This document shows positions 1-10,152 of a stretch of 64,000 nucleotides of DNA, one piece after another. The position numbers were made by a program, and so were the translations under genes. The stretch is from Candidatus Latescibacterota bacterium (GTDB taxonomy: Bacteria > Latescibacterota > UBA2968 > GCA-2709665). Every line of letters begins with the position of its first letter. The first letter of the stretch is position 1. The stretch covers positions 3,040,001 through 3,104,000 of the forward strand of contig OZ220733.1 of NCBI GenBank assembly GCA_965116875.1. Reading direction: 5' to 3'. Under the pieces are notes generated by a model, which saw nothing but the letters and a program-made list of their open reading frames with translations, had not been told where the DNA came from and did not search any database.

Positions 1-2
1 TT

Positions 3-122
3 CTTACCGGCAGGCCGGACTTTCTCGACCTGGCGCTGATATACGTTCTGTTGAACTTCGTCGGCACGTTTGCCGTGCTCAAGTTCGTTCAGTACGGCAG
101 CTTCGGGTCGACTGACGGTTAG
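3..122 (+). CDS. mnhF: Mrp/Mnh Na+/H+ antiporter subunit F, C-terminal part (truncated by window edge)
   Basis: Own translation of frame 3: LTGRPDFLDLALIYVLLNFVGTFAVLKF..., typical MrpF C-terminus; directly upstream of mnhG. Confidence 0.8.
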   Translation, partial: LTGRPDFLDLALIYVLLNFVGTFAVLKFVQYGSFGSTDG

Positions 123-285
123 AAGTTGTTTTAAAATTCCCGGTGAGTCCCGAGCGCGAGCGAAAATGTGTCGGTCAAGGCGGGCAAATTCGCCCATATT
201 TGTCTATACGGGTGGATTTGACCAACGCAGACCGACGCGTTTGCAGCCGCGCGAAGACCGCTGGGGGTTTTGAGACAGCTTCTTA
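119..285. mobile_element. MITE-like element with imperfect terminal inverted repeats
   Basis: GAAGTTGTTTTAAAA (122-136) / TTTTGAGACAGCTTC (268-282), flanked by TTA on both sides; internal CAAGGCG...CAACGCAG core shared with elements at 11.5 and 54.7 kb. Confidence 0.6.
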
Positions 286-303
286 GAACGGAGAGTCCAC
301 CAG

Positions 304-621
304 ATGATGGTCAACGACGTGGCGAGTTGGGCGTGTCTGCTCCTGGGGTCGTTCTTCTGTATCGTGGGCGGTATCGGGCTGATCAGACTTCCCGATTTCT
401 ACAGCCGCATGCACGGCGCCGGCATTACCGATACGCTCGGCGCCGGGCTTTTGCTCGTGGGGCTGATGCTGCAGGGCGGACTCAGCATGGTCACCGTCAA
501 GCTGTTTCTGATCCTCGTGCTGGTTTTCCTGACCGGCCCCGCATCGACCCACGCGGTTGCAAAGGCCGCCTTCACTTCCGGGTTGAAGCCGGTACTTCGG
601 GAGGACAACCACCAGCCATGA
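304..621 (+). CDS. mnhG: Mrp/Mnh antiporter subunit G
   Basis: IGLIRLPDFYSRMHGAGITDTLG motif; three hydrophobic segments. Confidence 0.92.
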   Translation: MMVNDVASWACLLLGSFFCIVGGIGLIRLPDFYSRMHGAGITDTLGAGLLLVGLMLQGGLSMVTVKLFLILVLVFLTGPASTHAVAKAAFTSGLKPVLREDNHQP

Positions 622-1190
622 TCGAACTCATCGACGTTGTTCTGCTGGCTTTCCTGGTTGCCACCGCCGTCGCCGTCGTTCTCATCCGCAACCTGCTCGC
701 CTCCGTGATCCTGGCCGGAATCTTCAGCCTGCTTTCCGCGGGGTTGTTTACCGTGATGGACGCGGTCGACGTGGCTTTTACCGAAGCCGCCGTGGGAGCG
801 GGCATCTCCACCGTACTGCTGCTGGGCACCCTCCTGCTGACAACACGGGTGGAGAAGAGGCCCGCCCGGGTGTCGCCGCTTCCCCTTCTCGCGGTCCTGG
901 CGACCGGGGCGGTCCTGATCTACGGAACGCTGGACATGCCGCATTTCGGAGACGCCGGGGCGCCCGTCCATACCCATATCGCGCCGGAATACCTCAAGGA
1001 TTCCGTGCCGCACGTCGATGGCCCGGCGCAGCGCGTCGACGTTGAGAATATCGTGACTTCCGTCCTTGCCAGCTACAGAGGATACGATACGCTTGGAGAG
1101 ACCACCGTGATCTTTTGCGCGGGCATCGGGGTGCTGCTGCTGCTGAAGGGGTCACGACCGGGCCGCGGACGGGAGGAGGAAGGCCGGTGA
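618..1190 (+). CDS. Mrp antiporter DUF4040/MnhB-related subunit (MrpA C-terminal-like part)
   Basis: AVDVAFTEAAVGAGIST and NIVTSVLASYRGYDTLGE motifs; ATG at 618 overlaps mnhG stop. Confidence 0.88.
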   Translation: MIELIDVVLLAFLVATAVAVVLIRNLLASVILAGIFSLLSAGLFTVMDAVDVAFTEAAVGAGISTVLLLGTLLLTTRVEKRPARVSPLPLLAVLATGAVLIYGTLDMPHFGDAGAPVHTHIAPEYLKDSVPHVDGPAQRVDVENIVTSVLASYRGYDTLGETTVIFCAGIGVLLLLKGSRPGRGREEEGR

Positions 1191-1606
1191 AACATCAGAT
1201 CATACCCAGGGTCATCGCCAAGCTGTTCATACCGCTGATCCTTCTGTTTGCGCTATACGTCCAGTTTCACGGCGATTTCGGACCCGGTGGCGGGTTCCAG
1301 GCGGGTGTGATCTTTGCGGCGGGATTTGTGCTGTACACGCTGGTTTTCGGCCTGCACGAGGCGAAGCGCGTGGCCAGGCCCGCCGTCGTGGAAATCGTCA
1401 TTGCCCTTGGCCTGCTCCTGTATGCCGTCACCGGGGTCGCGGGGATCCTGAAGGGCGGCCGCTACCTGGAGTACTGCGTACTCGGAACGGATCCGGTGGG
1501 CGGTCAGCATCTGGGGATTCTGTTGATCGAACTGGGCGTGGGAATCACCGTGGCTTCGGTGATCATCGGGGTCTTCTTCGCCTTTGCCGGCAGGGCACGA
1601 TCATGA
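1187..1606 (+). CDS. mnhB: Mrp/Mnh antiporter subunit B
   Basis: HGDFGPGGGFQAG motif; GTG start overlapping previous stop. Confidence 0.9.
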   Translation: MKHQIIPRVIAKLFIPLILLFALYVQFHGDFGPGGGFQAGVIFAAGFVLYTLVFGLHEAKRVARPAVVEIVIALGLLLYAVTGVAGILKGGRYLEYCVLGTDPVGGQHLGILLIELGVGITVASVIIGVFFAFAGRARS

Positions 1607-1962
1607 CCGCGTTCCCTGGTTTATATAACTATTGGATCGTTATCGTCCTGATGATGATCGGGTTCTACGCGGTGATCGCCAGCGGCAACCTGGTGAAGAA
1701 ACTGATCGGCCTGAATATCTTTCAGACGTCGGTCTTCCTGTTCTACATCAGCATGGGCAGAGTCTCCGGCGGAAGTGCGCCGATCGTCGCTGAGGGTGTG
1801 CAGAGCTATTCGAACCCGCTTCCGCATGTACTGATTCTGACGGCGATCGTCGTCGGGATCGCAACAACGTCTCTTGGCTTGGCGCTCGTGGTGCGCATAA
1901 AGGAAGCCTATGGCACAATAGAAGAACCGGAAATCTACGGTCAGGGTGAGGAGACGCCCTGA
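1603..1962 (+). CDS. mnhC: Mrp/Mnh antiporter subunit C
   Basis: NLVKKLIGL and NPLPHVLILTAIVVG motifs. Confidence 0.93.
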   Translation: MTAFPGLYNYWIVIVLMMIGFYAVIASGNLVKKLIGLNIFQTSVFLFYISMGRVSGGSAPIVAEGVQSYSNPLPHVLILTAIVVGIATTSLGLALVVRIKEAYGTIEEPEIYGQGEETP

Positions 1963-3479
1963 TGTCCGCTCATCTGCCCGCTCTTCAGATCGTGGTACCC
2001 CTCATTGCCGCCCCGGTCTGCCTGCTGCTCAGGCGAAGGATGCTGGCCTGGGCCTTCGCCACGGCTGTCGCATGGACCGTGCTAGGGATCGCCGCGCTGC
2101 TGCTTGTCAGGGTCCTGGCCGCCGGCACGATCTCATACGCGCTCGGAAGCTGGAGCGCCCCCTGGGGGATCGAGTATCGGATCGATGCGGTCAATGCGTT
2201 CGTCTTGCTCCTGGTGGCATCCATAGGCGCCGTTGTACTCGTTTACGCGCCTCACAGCGCGGCCCGGGAAATTCCGCACGACCGTCACTATCTGTTCTAC
2301 GCGGCATATCTCATGTGCCTGACGGGCCTGCTGGGCATCGCCATTACTGGCGACGCGTTCAACCTGTTCGTCTTCATCGAGATTGCCTCGCTTTCAACCT
2401 ACGCGCTGATCAGCCTTGGAGAAGACCGCCGCGCCCTGACGGCCGCATACCAGTACCTGGTGATGGGCACCGTGGGGGCGACGTTCATACTGATCGGAGT
2501 GGGGTTCCTGTACATGGCGACGGGGACCCTGAATATGGCGGACCTCGCGGTCCGTCTGGGCCCGGTCCTGGGCACCCGCACGGTGCTGGCGGCGTTCGCG
2601 TTTCTCAGCGTGGGCCTGTGCCTGAAACTGGCCCTGTTTCCCCTCCACATGTGGCTGCCCAACGCGTATTGTTATGCGCCATCGATGGTGACGTCCTTTC
2701 TTGCGGCAACGGCCACCAAGGTCTCCATCTATGTCCTCCTCCGGTTCATCTTCACCGTGTTCGGACCCCGATTCGCATTCGATACAATCGGGATCCAGGT
2801 CGTGCTGTTGCCGCTTTCGCTCCTGGGTATCTTCGCGGCCTCAACGGTGGCCGTCTTCCAGACGAACGTCAAGCGCATGCTCGCCTGGTCCAGCGTCGCA
2901 CAGGTCGGATACATGATGCTGGGCGTCGGCCTTGTGTCGGTCAGCGGCAGCGGTCCGGATCTCCGGTTCGGGCCGGGGTCGTTGAACGGGCTGACGGCGG
3001 GAATCGTCCACCTCTTCAACCACGCCGTGATGAAGGGTGCGCTGTTCCTTGGCATGGGTTGTATCGCCCTCCGCGTGGGCTCCGTGCAACTGGACGACAT
3101 GCAGGGTCTCGGACGCCGCATGCCGGTGACGATGGCCGCTTTTGTACTCGGGGGCCTCAGTCTGATCGGCGTGCCTCTCACGGTGGGATTCATCAGCAAA
3201 TGGTACCTGGTTCTGGCGGCCCTGGAAAAGGGCTGGTGGCCGGTTGCGGTTCTGGTCCTGCTGGGTTCTCTGCTGGCGGTCGTCTACATATGGCGCGTGG
3301 TTGAAGTCGCCTACTTCCGCAAGCCCCCGGTTCCAACCGGTGTAGACGAGGCGCCGATGCTGATGCACGTCCCGATGTGGATCCTGATTGCGGCCACCCT
3401 CTACTTTGGATTCTCTACGTCCTTCACAGTGGGCGTTGCCCGGCAGGCCGCCGGATGGCTTCTGGGAGTCGCGCCATGA
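1962..3479 (+). CDS. mnhD: Mrp/Mnh antiporter subunit D family
   Basis: GDAFNLFVFIEI, LKLALFPLHMWLPNAY, KRMLAWSS; antiporter-like membrane subunit. Confidence 0.92.
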   Translation: MSAHLPALQIVVPLIAAPVCLLLRRRMLAWAFATAVAWTVLGIAALLLVRVLAAGTISYALGSWSAPWGIEYRIDAVNAFVLLLVASIGAVVLVYAPHSAAREIPHDRHYLFYAAYLMCLTGLLGIAITGDAFNLFVFIEIASLSTYALISLGEDRRALTAAYQYLVMGTVGATFILIGVGFLYMATGTLNMADLAVRLGPVLGTRTVLAAFAFLSVGLCLKLALFPLHMWLPNAYCYAPSMVTSFLAATATKVSIYVLLRFIFTVFGPRFAFDTIGIQVVLLPLSLLGIFAASTVAVFQTNVKRMLAWSSVAQVGYMMLGVGLVSVSGSGPDLRFGPGSLNGLTAGIVHLFNHAVMKGALFLGMGCIALRVGSVQLDDMQGLGRRMPVTMAAFVLGGLSLIGVPLTVGFISKWYLVLAALEKGWWPVAVLVLLGSLLAVVYIWRVVEVAYFRKPPVPTGVDEAPMLMHVPMWILIAATLYFGFSTSFTVGVARQAAGWLLGVAP

Positions 3480-4942
3480 CCGCTTCGGACGCCACGCTGC
3501 TTGCCGTTGTGCTCCCTCTGCTCGGCGCCCCGCTGATCGGGCTGCTGGGGCACAGGCCCAATCTGCGCGAGACGGCCACGCTGGTCACCGGCGGCGCGCT
3601 GTTTTCCGTGGTGCTCTCACTGGTTCCGGAGATCCTCTCGGGTTCGAGACCCGGCATACAGATTCTCGAGGTGATGCCGGGACTGGCGCTGGCCTTCGAA
3701 GTCGAACCGCTGGGCATGCTCTTCGGGCTGATCGCCTCGGGACTCTGGATCCTGACGTCTCTGTATTCCATCGGGTACATGCGCGGCCACCACGAATCCA
3801 ACCAGACCGTCTTTTACGTCTTCTTCGCGGTGGCCATTTCGGGCGCGCTGGGCGTCGCATTCGCGCGAAATCTGTTCACGCTGTTTATCTTCTACGAAGT
3901 GCTCACCCTGTCCACCTATCCGCTGGTCACCCACCATCGGACCGGGGAAGCGCTCCGGTCGGGCAGGATCTACATGGGCATACTGCTCGGCACCTCGGTC
4001 GGGCTGATGCTGATGGCAGTGGTGTGGACGTGGCACCTGACGGGCACCCTGGAATTCGTACCCGGCGGAATCCTCGCGGGCAAGGCGAGTCCCGCCGTGG
4101 TGGGCGTACTGCTGGCGCTCTACGCGTTCGGTACCGGCAAGGCGGCGCTGATGCCTTTTCACAAATGGCTGCCCGCGGCGATGGTTGCGCCCACGCCCGT
4201 GAGCGCGCTGCTGCACGCGGTGGCCGTGGTCAAGGCGGGCGTGTTCACGGTGATGAAGATTGTGGTCTACATCTTCGGCATCGACCTGCTCGCGGACACC
4301 GGCATGAGCCTCTGGCTGGCCTACGTCGCCGCGGCAACCCTGCTGATCGCGTCCCTGGTTGCATTGACCAAAGACAATCTCAAGGCGCGTCTCGCCTATT
4401 CCACGGTCAGCCAGTTGTCCTACGTGGTACTCGGCGCGGCTCTTGCCAATTCCTGGGGGATTGTCGGCGGCTCCATGCATATTGCGATGCATGCCTTCGG
4501 AAAGATCACGCTGTTCTTCTGCGCCGGCGCAATCATGGTGGCCGCGCACAAAACGGAAATCAGCGACATGGCGGGTATCGGGAAGACGATGCCGGTTACG
4601 ATGTTCGCATTTTTCGTGGGATCGCTCAGCGTGATCGGCCTGCCCCCGCTCGGCGGTTCGTGGAGCAAGTGGTACCTGGCGTTGGGTGCGGCGGATGCGG
4701 ACCGGATCATTTTCGTGGCCGTATTGCTGATCAGTTCGCTCCTGAACGTCGCGTACCTGATGCCGATCGTCGCGCGCGCATTTTTCGTGGCGCCCTCCCA
4801 GGCGCCATCCAACCCGTCCGGCATCCGGGAAGCCCCGGCGTTCTGTGTGGTTCCCCTGTGTCTGACGGCGCTCGGGTGCCTGGTCCTCTTCTTCTGCGCC
4901 GAAGAGATCTACCGGCTTCTGGCGCCCATAGCAGTTCGTTGA
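3476..4942 (+). CDS. Mrp/Mnh antiporter subunit D family (second paralog)
   Basis: NLFTLFIFYE, GKAALMPFHKWLPAAMVAPTPVSALLH, KARLAYST; ATG at 3476 overlaps previous stop. Confidence 0.9.
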   Translation: MTASDATLLAVVLPLLGAPLIGLLGHRPNLRETATLVTGGALFSVVLSLVPEILSGSRPGIQILEVMPGLALAFEVEPLGMLFGLIASGLWILTSLYSIGYMRGHHESNQTVFYVFFAVAISGALGVAFARNLFTLFIFYEVLTLSTYPLVTHHRTGEALRSGRIYMGILLGTSVGLMLMAVVWTWHLTGTLEFVPGGILAGKASPAVVGVLLALYAFGTGKAALMPFHKWLPAAMVAPTPVSALLHAVAVVKAGVFTVMKIVVYIFGIDLLADTGMSLWLAYVAAATLLIASLVALTKDNLKARLAYSTVSQLSYVVLGAALANSWGIVGGSMHIAMHAFGKITLFFCAGAIMVAAHKTEISDMAGIGKTMPVTMFAFFVGSLSVIGLPPLGGSWSKWYLALGAADADRIIFVAVLLISSLLNVAYLMPIVARAFFVAPSQAPSNPSGIREAPAFCVVPLCLTALGCLVLFFCAEEIYRLLAPIAVR

Positions 4943-4966
4943 GAACGTCGTTCTGAAGGCGAGACC
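4929..4966 (+). repeat. Left-end remnant of the CAGTCCGTTGA-terminated element
   Basis: TAGCAGTTCGTTGAGAACGTCGTTCTGAAGGCGAGACC matches 54648 TAGCAGTCCGTTGAGAAAGTCGCTCTGCAGGCGAGGCC. Confidence 0.65.
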
Positions 4967-5212
4967 ATGGAAGAACACGGAAAGAAACGGTCGAACAAAG
5001 CCGGGAACGCGAAGGCAATCCACCGGGCGCTCTATGCGGTCTGCGCCCTTCTGCTGGCGGTGGATCTTGTCATGGTCAGACACGGCCATTTCACGGCAGA
5101 GGAGTGGTTGGGCTTTTACGGGTGGTACGGGTTTGCGGCCTGTGTGGCGTTCGTTCTGATCGCCAGGGGGCTGCGAGTCGTACTGGGACGCAAGGAAGAG
5201 TATTATGATTGA
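4967..5212 (+). CDS. small two-helix membrane protein of multi-MrpD operons
   Basis: Two hydrophobic segments, GFYGWYGF and C-terminal RKEEYYD; overlaps next start. Confidence 0.8.
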   Translation: MEEHGKKRSNKAGNAKAIHRALYAVCALLLAVDLVMVRHGHFTAEEWLGFYGWYGFAACVAFVLIARGLRVVLGRKEEYYD

Positions 5213-6893
5213 CCCGTTTCCGCCGTCACTGATCCTGATTGCAGGGTCGCTGCTGATACCGGTCCTGCGGGGACGCCTGCAATCGGCCTATATGCTGCTG
5301 CTTCCGGTTGCCGGGCTTGCCCATCTGATCGGACTCAGCCCGGGTGAATACTGGAAGATCGGGGTCTTCGACTATTCCATTACGCTGGTTCGCATTGACA
5401 GGCTCAGCCTGGTTTTCGGCTATGTCTTCCATATCGCCGCCCTGCTGAGCGTCATCTATGCGCTCCACGTGAAGGACAATGCGCAGCACGTCGCGGGTCT
5501 GTTCTACGCGGGCAGCGCCGTTGGCGCCCTCTTCGCGGGCGACCTGATCACCCTGTTCGTCTTCTGGGAACTGACGGCAATCTCGTCCGTATTTCTGATC
5601 TGGAGCCGCCGCACCGACCGCGCCTACGCCGCGGGAATGCGCTACCTCATCGTACAGGTCTGCTCGGGAATGGTTCTGCTGGCGGGCATTCTCATTCATC
5701 TGCGTGAGACGGGGTCGATCGCATTTACGGAGTTGGGGCTGAATGGCCTGGGTACGACGCTTGTCTTCATCGCTTTTGGAATCAAATGCGCGTTTCCGCT
5801 TCTTCACAACTGGCTGTCGGACGCCTATCCGGAGGCGACGGTAACCGGTACCGTGTTCCTGAGCGCTTTCACGACCAAGCTGGCGGTCTATGCGCTTGCC
5901 CGGGGCTTTCCGGGTACCGAGATCCTCATCCCGATCGGCGCGGTGATGACCCTGTTTCCCATGTTTTACGCGATCCTCGAGAATGACCTCAGACGGGTGC
6001 TGACCTACAGCCTGAACATCCAGCTGGGATTCATGGTTGTCGGCATTGGAATCGGAACCCAGATGTCTCTGAACGGAACGGCCGCCCACGCAGCCACCCA
6101 CGTCATTTACAAAGCCTTGCTGTTTATGTCGATGGGCGCGGTGCTTTATCGAACGGGTACGGCCAGGGCTTCGGAACTGGGCGGACTCTACAGGTCCATG
6201 CCTCTGACGGCGGCTTTCTGCATCATCGGCGCGGCGTCGATTTCCGCCGTTCCCTTCTTCAACGGTTTCGTCAGCAAATCATTTGTCCTCGGCGCCGTGG
6301 CCAATGGACACTACGTCCTGACCTGGCTGGCGTTGTTGTTCGCTTCGGCGGGCGTGTTGCTATATACGGGCATCAGGGTCCCCTACCTTGCCTTCTTTTC
6401 GGAGGATTCGGGGATCCGCTGCAGGGAGGCGCCTCTGAACATGCGCGTCGCCATGGGCGCGGCGGCCGGCCTGTGCGTCCTGATCGGCGTCTATCCGAAA
6501 CCACTCTACGCTGTTTTACCGTTTGCCGTCAATTACGAACCCTATACGGCGGAACACCTGGTTACCCAGTTCCAACTGTTGTTCTTCGCCGCGCTGGCCT
6601 TCGTTGTGATGAAGCGGACCGGCGTTTATCCGTCCGTCCTGCGGTCCGTAAACCTGGACGCCGACTGGGTGTATCGACGGCTGCTTCCCGGTATCGTCCG
6701 GACTGTGGCGCGGGTGGGTGGTTCCGCCGGAGGTTCGATCCTGGAGGGCGGAAAGGCGCTGGTCTCGGCGGCCGTTTCCGGCTGCCGTCAATACCACGGT
6801 CCCCAGGGCATTCTGGGTCGATCCTGGACGACGGGTACTGCCGTGTTGATCGTGACGATCTCTCTGGCCGCGTTCATGATCTTCTGCTTCTGA
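5205..6893 (+). CDS. Mrp/Mnh antiporter subunit D family (third paralog)
   Basis: GDLITLFVFWE, IKCAFPLLHNWLSDAYPEAT, RRVLTYS. Confidence 0.9.
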   Translation: MIDPFPPSLILIAGSLLIPVLRGRLQSAYMLLLPVAGLAHLIGLSPGEYWKIGVFDYSITLVRIDRLSLVFGYVFHIAALLSVIYALHVKDNAQHVAGLFYAGSAVGALFAGDLITLFVFWELTAISSVFLIWSRRTDRAYAAGMRYLIVQVCSGMVLLAGILIHLRETGSIAFTELGLNGLGTTLVFIAFGIKCAFPLLHNWLSDAYPEATVTGTVFLSAFTTKLAVYALARGFPGTEILIPIGAVMTLFPMFYAILENDLRRVLTYSLNIQLGFMVVGIGIGTQMSLNGTAAHAATHVIYKALLFMSMGAVLYRTGTARASELGGLYRSMPLTAAFCIIGAASISAVPFFNGFVSKSFVLGAVANGHYVLTWLALLFASAGVLLYTGIRVPYLAFFSEDSGIRCREAPLNMRVAMGAAAGLCVLIGVYPKPLYAVLPFAVNYEPYTAEHLVTQFQLLFFAALAFVVMKRTGVYPSVLRSVNLDADWVYRRLLPGIVRTVARVGGSAGGSILEGGKALVSAAVSGCRQYHGPQGILGRSWTTGTAVLIVTISLAAFMIFCF

Positions 6894-7018
6894 TGCCAGA
6901 GAACGCCAAGTATTATGTAAGTAGCATAAAAACAATTATCTGTAGGTATTCTCCGGCCCGCGAAACCACTTTGCCATTCCGCAATTTCCCGCCAGCGCGC
7001 CATTTTCTAACTTTAGGC

Positions 7019-7047
7019 TTGACTTTTTTATCGCATCCCCGTTAATT
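7019..7047 (+). promoter_or_regulatory. putative sigma70 promoter for nuoN-atp
   Basis: TTGACT-17 bp-TTAATT in an AT-rich spacer. Confidence 0.4.
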
Positions 7048-7082
7048 AATGCCGCTAATAATTATCGCCGAGGACCAATGCG

Positions 7083-8531
7083 TTGCCTGACCTGAACTGG
7101 ACTGTACTCGTTCCCTCGCTGATTGTCGCGTCAAGTGCGCTGCTGATCCTGTGCATCGACATCGTCAGGCCGGCAAATCGGGGTGTGGGAGCCGCATACG
7201 CGGCCATCATCGGAACGGGCCTGGCGGCGGTCGCCTGCGCGGGTCTCTGGGGGAGGTCCGAACAGGCCTTCGGCGGGATGCTCGCGCTGGACAATTTTGC
7301 GCTCTTTTCCAACATCATATTTACGGTTGGCACTGCGCTGACCATTTTTATCTCCACGGGGTACCTGAGGCGGGAACAGGGCAACCGCAGCGAGTACTAT
7401 CTGCTGCTGCTGACAGCCACCCTGGGCATGATGCTCATGGCCGCGGGGACGGACCTGATCGTGATCTTCCTCGGGTTGGAGCTGATGTCTCTGTCGCTCT
7501 ATATCCTGGTTGGATTCCTCAGTTCGCGTTCCGTCTCCAATGAAGCCTCCCTGAAATATCTTCTGCTCGGCGCGTTTGCGACCGGGTTTCTGCTTTACGG
7601 GATTGCCCTGATCTACGGATCGACCGGCTCCACCAGCCTCCAGCAGGTCGGCGCAATGCTGTTGCGGCGGGTGGACGGCGGCGGGCTGATGCTATATGCC
7701 GGCATGGTATTGCTGGTCGTGGGCTTCGCGTTCAAGGTGGCGGCGGTCCCGTTCCATATGTGGGCGCCCGACGTCTACGAAGGCGCGCCCGCATCGGTTA
7801 CGGCCTTTCTCTCGGCCGGGCCCAAGGCGGCGGCCTTTGTCGCGTTCCTGCGCGTGCTGATGGTATCTCTGGAATCGTTGAAGACGGAATGGACGGCGGT
7901 GCTTTGGATCCTGGCGGCGTTGACCATGACCGTAGGCAACCTGAGCGCGCTGGGGCAACGCAGCATAAAGCGAATGCTGGCCTATTCCAGCGTTGCGCAT
8001 GCCGGTTACGTCCTGGTTGCACTCACCGCGGCCAGCGGCAAGGGGATTTCCGCCGCGCTGTTCTATTTGCTTGCGTACACGTTTATGAATATCGGGGCGT
8101 TCGCGGTCGTGATTCTGGTTGCGAGGAAGGGCGAAGAGAACGTCGACATATCGGATTACGCGGGGCTGGGTTTCAAACATCCTGTCCTCGGGCTGACGAT
8201 GACGCTGTTTATGCTCTCGCTGGCGGGTCTCCCTCCTACTGCCGGATTCTTCGGGAAGTTCTACATATTCCGGGCGGCAATCGACGCCGGTCTTGTCTCG
8301 CTTACCATTATCGGCGTACTGAACAGCCTGGTTTCGGTTTATTTCTATCTGGGGGTCGTCGTCAGTATGTATATGAAACAGCCCGCCGACGAAAAGCCGG
8401 TGGGCGCATTTCCACCTCTGGCACGAACGGCGCTCCTGGTCACGTCCCTTGCAACCCTCTATATTGGCCTCGCTCCCTCGCGGTTTCTGGAATTGGCCAT
8501 GCAGACGGTAGACAACCTCATTGGAACATAA
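7083..8531 (+). CDS. nuoN: NADH-quinone oxidoreductase subunit N
   Basis: EASLKYLLLG, FKVAAVPFHMWAPDVYEGAP, KRMLAYSSVAHAGY, SLAGLPPTAGFFGK; TTG start after GAGG. Confidence 0.92.
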   Translation: MPDLNWTVLVPSLIVASSALLILCIDIVRPANRGVGAAYAAIIGTGLAAVACAGLWGRSEQAFGGMLALDNFALFSNIIFTVGTALTIFISTGYLRREQGNRSEYYLLLLTATLGMMLMAAGTDLIVIFLGLELMSLSLYILVGFLSSRSVSNEASLKYLLLGAFATGFLLYGIALIYGSTGSTSLQQVGAMLLRRVDGGGLMLYAGMVLLVVGFAFKVAAVPFHMWAPDVYEGAPASVTAFLSAGPKAAAFVAFLRVLMVSLESLKTEWTAVLWILAALTMTVGNLSALGQRSIKRMLAYSSVAHAGYVLVALTAASGKGISAALFYLLAYTFMNIGAFAVVILVARKGEENVDISDYAGLGFKHPVLGLTMTLFMLSLAGLPPTAGFFGKFYIFRAAIDAGLVSLTIIGVLNSLVSVYFYLGVVVSMYMKQPADEKPVGAFPPLARTALLVTSLATLYIGLAPSRFLELAMQTVDNLIGT

Positions 8532-8605
8532 CCCTCCTCGAGACTTGCTGTGTACGAGGAGTTTTCAGCGCAGATACCCTTCTGTCCGTAACAGTCCGTT
8601 GAGCG

Positions 8606-8857
8606 ATGGCGGAGGAGAAGAAACAAACGGGGCTGGCCGCAGCCTACCGGAAAGCCGGTCCGTATCTGAACCTGGGAATCGAGTTTGCGGCGTCATTCAT
8701 TCTCTGCCTGTTTGCCGGAAAATGGCTGGACGGCAAACTCGGTACGGCCCCCTATCTGATGTTGGCGGGATTGGCTCTGGGAATCACCGTCGGCTTTCTG
8801 AACCTGTACAGAACGGCGATGCGACTCCAGGAACGCGAAAAGCAGGACCGGAGTTAA
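8606..8857 (+). CDS. AtpZ/AtpI family protein
   Basis: GKWLDGKLGTAP motif, two TM helices, first gene of atp operon. Confidence 0.85.
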   Translation: MAEEKKQTGLAAAYRKAGPYLNLGIEFAASFILCLFAGKWLDGKLGTAPYLMLAGLALGITVGFLNLYRTAMRLQEREKQDRS

Positions 8858-8877
8858 GCGCCGTCCGGAGGTGAAAC

Positions 8878-9270
8878 GTGCAAACCGAATTCCTCCGATT
8901 TGCCGGACAGGTCGGAATTGTCCTGACCGCGGCGGCAATCCTGGGCGGATACCCGCTTTACGTCTACTGGGGCGTTGAAATGGTCCGGGCGGCAGCCGTG
9001 GGGTGTGGGATCGGCGCACTGAACGCGCTGGCCGGGGGGCTTTCGGCCATCTGGTCGTTCGACCGGCCGCAGGCGGTCTTTCTGAAGGCGTTGTTGGGCG
9101 GTATGATCGTTCGGATGCTGGTCATCTGCGTTGGCCTGGTGCTGTTGATCAAATTCACGGCGTTGTCGGTTTACGGTCTGGTTTTCTCTCTCTTTTTGTC
9201 CTATCTGCTCTTTCAGATTCTGGAAATCCGGTACTTCGTGAGGCGCGCCGCGGTTCGGCGGGTTTCATAG
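8878..9270 (+). CDS. atpI: ATP synthase protein I-like membrane protein
   Basis: Four TM helices, GGMIVRM, GGAGGTG RBS; position before atpB. Confidence 0.75.
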   Translation: MQTEFLRFAGQVGIVLTAAAILGGYPLYVYWGVEMVRAAAVGCGIGALNALAGGLSAIWSFDRPQAVFLKALLGGMIVRMLVICVGLVLLIKFTALSVYGLVFSLFLSYLLFQILEIRYFVRRAAVRRVS

Positions 9271-9286
9271 GCAGGGGCTTGATTCT

Positions 9287-10087
9287 ATGGCTTCACAAGA
9301 CGCCGCGGAAGGCAAAAAAGACTACATTATGGAGCATCTGCTCGATTCGTCGGAGCTCCATTTGCCCTTTGTGCATGTCGAATTGCCTCGTTTCGAACTG
9401 TTTGGCATCGACGTGTCCATTACGCGGCACGTGGTCATGATGTGGGTCGCCTCGGCATTTCTCCTGTGGGTCTTCATAAGGACGACCCGGCGCCGGGGCC
9501 TGGTACCCTCCGGGCTCGCAAATCTGCTGGAGTCGGTTGTCGTATTCATAAGAGATGAAATCGCCGTTCCCAACATCGGCACACGGGAAGCCGGACGGTT
9601 CCTGCCCTTTCTGTTTACCGTCTTCTTCTTCATCCTGACCTGCAATCTGCTGGGCCTGGTACCATATGGCGCAACCGCGACGGGAAACGTCAGCATCACC
9701 GCCGGGCTGGCGATCTGCGCCTTTCTGGTCATTCAGATGGGCGGCATTCTGCACAACGGCTTCCTGGGGTACTTCAAGGGGCTGGTGCCCCACGGACTGC
9801 CGCTGCCGATTACGCTCCTGATGATCCCGATCGAGCTCATCGGTCTGGTTGCCAAACCGTTCGCCCTCTGTATTCGTCTCTTTGCCAATATGACCGCCGG
9901 ACACGTGATCATCCTGGCCTTGCTGGGGCTGATCTTCATGTTCAAGTCGTACGCCGTCGCGCCCGTGTCCGTGCTGTTCGCGCTGGCGATTTATCTGCTC
10001 GAAATCTTCGTGGCAATGGTGCAGGCGTATATCTTCACCATGTTATCCGCTGTTTTTATCGGGATGGCGGTGCATCAGGATCACTGA
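9287..10087 (+). CDS. atpB: F0F1 ATP synthase subunit a
   Basis: KPFALCIRLFANMTAGH, QAYIFTMLS. Confidence 0.97.
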   Translation: MASQDAAEGKKDYIMEHLLDSSELHLPFVHVELPRFELFGIDVSITRHVVMMWVASAFLLWVFIRTTRRRGLVPSGLANLLESVVVFIRDEIAVPNIGTREAGRFLPFLFTVFFFILTCNLLGLVPYGATATGNVSITAGLAICAFLVIQMGGILHNGFLGYFKGLVPHGLPLPITLLMIPIELIGLVAKPFALCIRLFANMTAGHVIILALLGLIFMFKSYAVAPVSVLFALAIYLLEIFVAMVQAYIFTMLSAVFIGMAVHQDH

Positions 10088-10152
10088 TTGTTCAAAAACG
10101 TTGTCAACGTTTCATCAATAAACCATTAACTTCCTAGCGGAGGAGGTACGTT

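Noticed and set aside
270-617. N-terminal extension of the 270-1190 ORF
   Set aside because: Overlaps mnhG out of frame; the real start is the ATG at 618 coupled to the mnhG stop.
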